NCBI GenBank assembly: GCA_017613015.1
Contig: JAGAEQ010000029.1
Coordinates: forward strand, 2,551-66,550
Direction of reading: 5' to 3'
Length of the DNA stretch: 64,000 nucleotides
Source of the DNA: Bacteroidales bacterium
GTDB taxonomy: Bacteria; Bacteroidota; Bacteroidia; Bacteroidales; WCHB1-69
Shown here: positions 59,894 to 64,000 of the stretch, one piece after another
How positions within the stretch are numbered: the stretch's first letter is position 1
Layout of the letters: each line of letters begins with the position of its first letter
Made by a program: the position numbers and the translations under genes
The notes under the pieces: model-generated
Told to the model about the DNA's origin: nothing
The model's input: only the letters and a program-made list of their open reading frames with translations
The model's database searches: none

Positions 59894-60478
59894 TTAAGCT
59901 TTTTTACGCACCGCATTGATAAAAGCGACAATGAAGCCCAAGGCCAGGAAGGCGCCCGGAGCCAAGACAAACACCAGAATGCCGTCCCCGGGGACGAGCT
60001 TGTGCCCGAACACCGCATAATTGCCCAAGAGTTCCCGGAACATACCGAGCAGGGTCAGACCGAAAGTGAAGCCCAGACCCATACCGGCACCATCCACAAA
60101 AGAGGACCAGAGGCCGTTCTTGGATGCGAAGGCTTCCGCACGCCCCAAGATGAGGCAGTTCACCACAATCAGCGGAATAAAGAGCCCCAGACTGGCATAC
60201 AATTCAGGCAGGTAGGCCTCCATGCACATTTGCACAATGGTGACTAAGGAGGCGATAATCACGATAAAGGCCGGAATGCGCACCTTGTCCGGAATCAGCG
60301 ATTTGACACAGGAAATGATGACGTTGGAAAGGATGAGCACCGCCGTGGTGGCCAAGCCCATGCCCAATCCGTTGACGGCAGAGGTGGTGACACCGAGGGT
60401 GGGGCACATGCCCAGCATCAGCACAAAAGTCGGACTTTCTTTGAAAAATCCCTTGGTGAAATTCTGTAATTGGTTCAT
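59894..60478 (-). CDS. rnfE: Rnf electron transport complex subunit E
   Basis: LGMCPTLGVTTS, FIPLIVVNCLILGRAEAFASKN. Confidence 0.92.
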   Translation of the reverse strand: MNQLQNFTKGFFKESPTFVLMLGMCPTLGVTTSAVNGLGMGLATTAVLILSNVIISCVKSLIPDKVRIPAFIVIIASLVTIVQMCMEAYLPELYASLGLFIPLIVVNCLILGRAEAFASKNGLWSSFVDGAGMGLGFTFGLTLLGMFRELLGNYAVFGHKLVPGDGILVFVLAPGAFLALGFIVAFINAVRKKA

Positions 60479-60490
60479 GCTTGCTTCTCC

Positions 60491-61081
60491 TTATTTTTTT
60501 ATGGCGTCAAAAGCCGTGTTCATGGCATCACAATAAGCTCTGGAGCTGATGGTTGCAGCGGTTATCGCCTGCACTTCCCCGCCGTCCTTTTGGACTTGCA
60601 GGGGGAACTGCTCCGGCTGCATCCCCTCGAATTGGGTGTAGAAGGAGGGCTCTGTCATTTTGGAGCCCAGGCCCGGCGTTTCCGTATGGCTGAGCACAGC
60701 GGTCTTGTACACCTTTCCGTCGGGAAGAAAACCGACCATCAGTTTGATGGTTCCACCGAAACCCTTGTTGGTGAAGGATTCCACAGCGGTTCCCACCGCT
60801 ATGCCTTTCAGAAAGGCGTGGTAAAGCGTCAGTGAGTCCGCAGCGGCGGTTTTGTGGTAGATGTCGGTCGAGCTTTGGGCTTCCAAGGCCTTTTTCTCGG
60901 TTTGCAGGGAGTCAAAAGGCGGCAGCACCTTCTCGATGGCTTCCTGCTGCTGGGTCAGACGGGTTTCCTGTATGGGCTCGTCAGTGGCGCGATGCAGCGC
61001 AGCCAGCGCGGCTCCCGCCAGCACACAAACGACCAACAGGGTAAGAAACATATTGATGAATGTAGATTTCGCTTTTCCCAT
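60491..61081 (-). CDS. rnfG: Rnf electron transport complex subunit G (FMN-binding)
   Basis: N-terminal anchor, GFGGTIKLMVGF, ETPGLG, ITAATISSRA (FMN attachment Thr region). Confidence 0.88.
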   Translation of the reverse strand: MGKAKSTFINMFLTLLVVCVLAGAALAALHRATDEPIQETRLTQQQEAIEKVLPPFDSLQTEKKALEAQSSTDIYHKTAAADSLTLYHAFLKGIAVGTAVESFTNKGFGGTIKLMVGFLPDGKVYKTAVLSHTETPGLGSKMTEPSFYTQFEGMQPEQFPLQVQKDGGEVQAITAATISSRAYCDAMNTAFDAIKK

Positions 61082-61102
61082 GACTGTTTTATTTTAAGGT
61101 GG

Positions 61103-62098
61103 TTACATTGTTTTCGTTCCGAAACGTTTGGGTGGGAAGCCTTTGTTCAGGAGGGGAACCACCGCATTCATCAGCAGAATGGCGAAAGAAACCCCTTCCG
61201 GATAGGCGCCCCACACGCGGATGATGATGGTCAGCAGACCGCAGCCGCAGCCGAAGACGATTTTGCCCCATGCACTCATGGGGGAAGTGACCATGTCGGT
61301 GGCCATAAAGACCGCGCCTAACAGCAGACCGCCGCACAAAATGTGGTAGCTGCCGGGAATGAACAGGGCTGGGTTGGCCAAATGCAGCAGCGTGGCGAAA
61401 ACCCATGCCGTGGCGACGAAAGCCACCGGAATGTGCCAGGAAATGACCTTGCGGAACAGCATGATCAGACCGCCAATCAGAATGGCGATGGCAGCGACCT
61501 CACCCAAGGAGCCGCCCTGCTCGCCCAACAGCATCTGGGCGTAGGAGGGGAGCTGGTTTATCAGTTCCGACATGTCTTTGCCTTGGGACAAACCGGTTTT
61601 CACCATGCCAAGGGGCGTGGCACCGGTGGTGGCGTCCACCGCCTGACGGGTGAGCCAGTGGTTCGGCGTCGGCCAGGAGGTCATCTGCTGCGGAAAGGAG
61701 ATGAGCAGCGTGACACGACCGACCAAGGCCGGATTGAACAGGTTGTTGCCCAATCCGCCGAACGGCATTTTGGCCACGCCGATGGCAACCACCGCGCCAA
61801 TCACCATAATCCACCAAGGCAGGTTACTTGGCACATTGAATGCCAGCAACATACCGGTGACAACGGCGGAGCCGTCGGTGACGGAGACAGGCTTATTGAG
61901 CAAAAATTTCTGGATAAGGGCCTCCAGCAGCACGCAGCTTGCGATGGAAATGAGGGTCAGTCTGACGGCGTCAAATCCGAAAGAGGCGATGGAAACGGCG
62001 AAGGTGGGAAGCAGTGCGATGACCACCGTCCACATGATTTTCGAGACCGATTCGTTGGAATGGACATGGGGTGAACCCGAAACGTGTAATAAATCCAT
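61103..62098 (-). CDS. rnfD: Rnf electron transport complex subunit D
   Basis: SGSPHVH start, polytopic protein, and MATDMVTSP (FMN-binding Thr region) typical of RnfD/NqrB. Confidence 0.92.
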   Translation of the reverse strand: MDLLHVSGSPHVHSNESVSKIMWTVVIALLPTFAVSIASFGFDAVRLTLISIASCVLLEALIQKFLLNKPVSVTDGSAVVTGMLLAFNVPSNLPWWIMVIGAVVAIGVAKMPFGGLGNNLFNPALVGRVTLLISFPQQMTSWPTPNHWLTRQAVDATTGATPLGMVKTGLSQGKDMSELINQLPSYAQMLLGEQGGSLGEVAAIAILIGGLIMLFRKVISWHIPVAFVATAWVFATLLHLANPALFIPGSYHILCGGLLLGAVFMATDMVTSPMSAWGKIVFGCGCGLLTIIIRVWGAYPEGVSFAILLMNAVVPLLNKGFPPKRFGTKTM

Positions 62099-62129
62099 TT
62101 GTCAATTCAGTATTTTACAACGATTACTC

Positions 62130-63467
62130 TTATTTGTTCTGCTGTTGTCTGGCGCGGATCATGGCTCCGGTCCTGTTTTTCCCCAGACGCACCAGGTCGG
62201 TCAGGGGGCGGTTGGAGGGACAGCTGTACTGGCAGCAGCCGCATTCCATGCAATCCATGATGTGGTGTTTCTCCATATCCTCCCAGCGTTTGCGCTCCGC
62301 ATAGGCGGTCAGCAGGTAGGGTTCCAGCCCCATGGGGCAGGCTTCCACACACTTGCCGCAGCGGATGCAGTTCACCGCAGGCTTGCGTCGCGCCTCCTTT
62401 TCCGAAATCACCAACAGCGAGGAGAAACCCTTGGTGGTGTAGGCGTTCGGATTGACCATGGCTTTGCCCATCATTGGGCCGCCGCTGACTAATTTTCCGG
62501 TGTCTTCCGGCAGGCCGTTTCCGGCAGCGATGATGTCTTGCACCGGCGTGCCGTAGCGCACATAGAAGTTGCGGGGCTGGCTCACGGACTTGCCGCTGTA
62601 GGTCAGGTACTGCCCAATCAGGGGCTTGTTTTTCTGCACCGCCTCATACACGGCCAAGGTCGTGCTGACATTGCACACGATGCAGCCCACATCCAAAGGC
62701 AGCCTTCCGGAAGGAACCTCCCGTCTGGTGACCGACTTGATCAGCTGCTTTTCCGCGCCTTGCGGGTATTTTTTCCGAAGCGTCTCCACGTGGACTCCCG
62801 GATATTCCGGAAGCAGTTCCTTCAAACGGGCGATGGCATCGGCCTTGTTCTCTTCTATGCCAATGTACACGTCCTCCAGCTGCAAAGCCTTGCGCAGCAC
62901 AGCGGTTCCGGTCAGGAACTCCTCAGTCCGCTCCAACAGTATGCGGTTGTCTATGGAAATGTATGGCTCGCACTCCGCCGCATTGATCAGCAGGTATTCC
63001 ACCTTTTTGCCTTCCGGCACGGAAAGCTTCACATGAGTGGGGAAACAGGCCCCGCCCAATCCGACGATGCCTTTTTCCTTGATTTTGGCAATGATTTCAG
63101 CGGAAGAGAGCGTAATCTCCTTTTTCAGTTCTTCGGAACGGTCAATGTCCTCTAACCATTCGTCCCCTTCTACATCTATATAAATGGCGGGCTTCTTGAT
63201 GCCGCTCACGTCTGCGGCGACATCCACCTTGCTTACGGTTCCGGAATAAGGGGAGTGCAGGTTGGCTGACACAAACGCCTCGCCTTTGGCCAGTAACTGA
63301 CCGACTTTCACCGTGTCCCCTTTCTGGACCTGTATGACCGCCGGCGCCCCCAAATGCTGGGACGCATACAGCACGGCCTGCTTCGGAATGCCCAATACCT
63401 CCAGTTTCGATTGATGCGCTAATTTGTTCTCCTCGGGATGAATACCGCCTATACTAAAAGTTTTCAC
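62130..63467 (-). CDS. rnfC: Rnf electron transport complex subunit C
   Basis: Two 4Fe-4S motifs (CIRCGKCVEACP, CMECGCCQYSCP) and the GLGGACFPTHVK NADH/FMN region. The longest ORF starts at ATG 63509. However, a minus-strand TACCTTTG -7 box at 63497-63504 lies downstream of that ATG. GTG 63467 gives the canonical N-terminus (M)KTFSIGGIHP. Confidence 0.85.
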   Translation of the reverse strand: MKTFSIGGIHPEENKLAHQSKLEVLGIPKQAVLYASQHLGAPAVIQVQKGDTVKVGQLLAKGEAFVSANLHSPYSGTVSKVDVAADVSGIKKPAIYIDVEGDEWLEDIDRSEELKKEITLSSAEIIAKIKEKGIVGLGGACFPTHVKLSVPEGKKVEYLLINAAECEPYISIDNRILLERTEEFLTGTAVLRKALQLEDVYIGIEENKADAIARLKELLPEYPGVHVETLRKKYPQGAEKQLIKSVTRREVPSGRLPLDVGCIVCNVSTTLAVYEAVQKNKPLIGQYLTYSGKSVSQPRNFYVRYGTPVQDIIAAGNGLPEDTGKLVSGGPMMGKAMVNPNAYTTKGFSSLLVISEKEARRKPAVNCIRCGKCVEACPMGLEPYLLTAYAERKRWEDMEKHHIMDCMECGCCQYSCPSNRPLTDLVRLGKNRTGAMIRARQQQNK

Positions 63468-63496
63468 AGCAGAATGTTTTTTGAAAATTCCAATTG

Positions 63497-63504
63497 CAAA
63501 GGTA
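63497..63504 (-). promoter_or_regulatory. Candidate -7 box (TACCTTTG) for the rnf operon
   Basis: Plus-strand CAAAGGTA equals minus-strand TACCTTTG, matching TAnnTTTG. It lies 30 nt upstream of GTG 63467. Confidence 0.4.
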
Positions 63505-63632
63505 ATCATTTTTGAGGTCTGAACCGGCTTTTTTCATGAAAAAAAGTGCGTCGGCGGCTTCCCCTTGTAAATGTAAGTTTTCAAGGGCGATTTTTTCTTC
63601 CGGCCGCATGGGGGAGACATTGGATTATTGTT

Positions 63633-63640
63633 TACTTTTG
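63633..63640 (+). promoter_or_regulatory. Candidate -7 box (TACTTTTG) for the C10-peptidase-like gene
   Basis: TAnnTTTG match 76 nt upstream of ATG 63716. Confidence 0.3.
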
Positions 63641-63715
63641 CCGTCCAATGGCGTGAAGGCCTGCCTTTGGCGTAAAGCTGGCGGGCTTTTTGACGCAAAC
63701 AAAAAAACAGACAGG

Positions 63716-64000
63716 ATGAGGCATTGGGCTGGAACCTTGTTTTTCGCGTTGCTGGTCTGCTATTTCACAGGCAGTGGGCAAAACGTTGTCACCGAATCGG
63801 AGGCCGTAAGCGTCTCCACTGGTTTCATGCGGCATTTTTGGGTGGAAAAATCCTTTCAGACCTTGGAAGTGTCCCATATCCGCCGATTGGAGAGAAACGG
63901 GCAGGCGCTGCTTTACGAAGTGTGCTACCGCAACGGCGGCTCCGCCTTGGTTTCCGGAGTGAAAAGCCTAATGCCGGTGCTGGGCTACCGTCCCAGCGAT
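63716..64000 (+). CDS. 5' part of a C10 (streptopain-like) cysteine peptidase; N-terminal Spi/I69 inhibitor-like prodomain; runs off the window
   Basis: Not in the ORF track because no stop falls within the window. ATG 63716 opens 95 codons: MRHWAGTLFFALLVCYFTGSGQ (signal), then VTESEAVSVSTGFM...GQALLYEVCYRNGGSALVSGVKSLMPVLGYRPSD. This resembles the ...LFYVFN..GFVIVSGDDR..PILGYS prodomain motif of Bacteroidota C10 peptidases. Confidence 0.5.
   Translation, partial: MRHWAGTLFFALLVCYFTGSGQNVVTESEAVSVSTGFMRHFWVEKSFQTLEVSHIRRLERNGQALLYEVCYRNGGSALVSGVKSLMPVLGYRPSD

Noticed and set aside
63632-63877. An 81-aa minus-strand ORF upstream of rnfC, considered as a possible rnfB remnant.
   Set aside because: It has no CxxCxxCxxxCP ferredoxin motifs and no N-terminal anchor. 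It lies opposite the better-supported C10 peptidase prodomain ORF. The 63468-63715 spacer is too short for rnfB.

Overview
This window reads as about 64 kb of densely packed core chromosome from a GC-rich member of the Bacteroidota, probably Bacteroidales. The supporting signs are T9SS C-terminal sorting domains, TAnnTTTG -7 promoter boxes in the AT-rich spacers, MurF-Alr and DAHP-synthase/chorismate-mutase fusions, meso-DAP dehydrogenase, a 286-aa sigma-A and an Rnf cluster. I call 54 protein-coding genes. Two are truncated by the window edges, and recQ is broken by a 1-nt indel in an A7 run. 35 of the 36 genes between 9272 and 56831 are on the + strand. I saw no rRNA, tRNA, CRISPR array, transposase, integrase, phage or recognisable defence genes. 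Family names come from motif recognition by eye, with no searches run. Several starts were moved from the longest ORF after checking codons and promoter boxes; the ORF track also opens ORFs at TTG. I did not find a convincing novel multi-gene system. The best leads are: (1) a DUF3127 OB-fold protein that ends in the SSB-type acidic tip EDDLPF; (2) the recQ frameshift in the A7 run; (3) an rnfCDGEA string with no rnfB, coupled to an Ig-like lipoprotein and a pyrK with no pyrD; (4) a lone sufB; (5) a 15-gene, 18.8-kb string of unrelated genes with no gap over 48 nt; (6) a small Cys/His-rich lipoprotein overlapping the next gene. The many long antisense ORFs (up to 851 aa) are treated as shadow ORFs.
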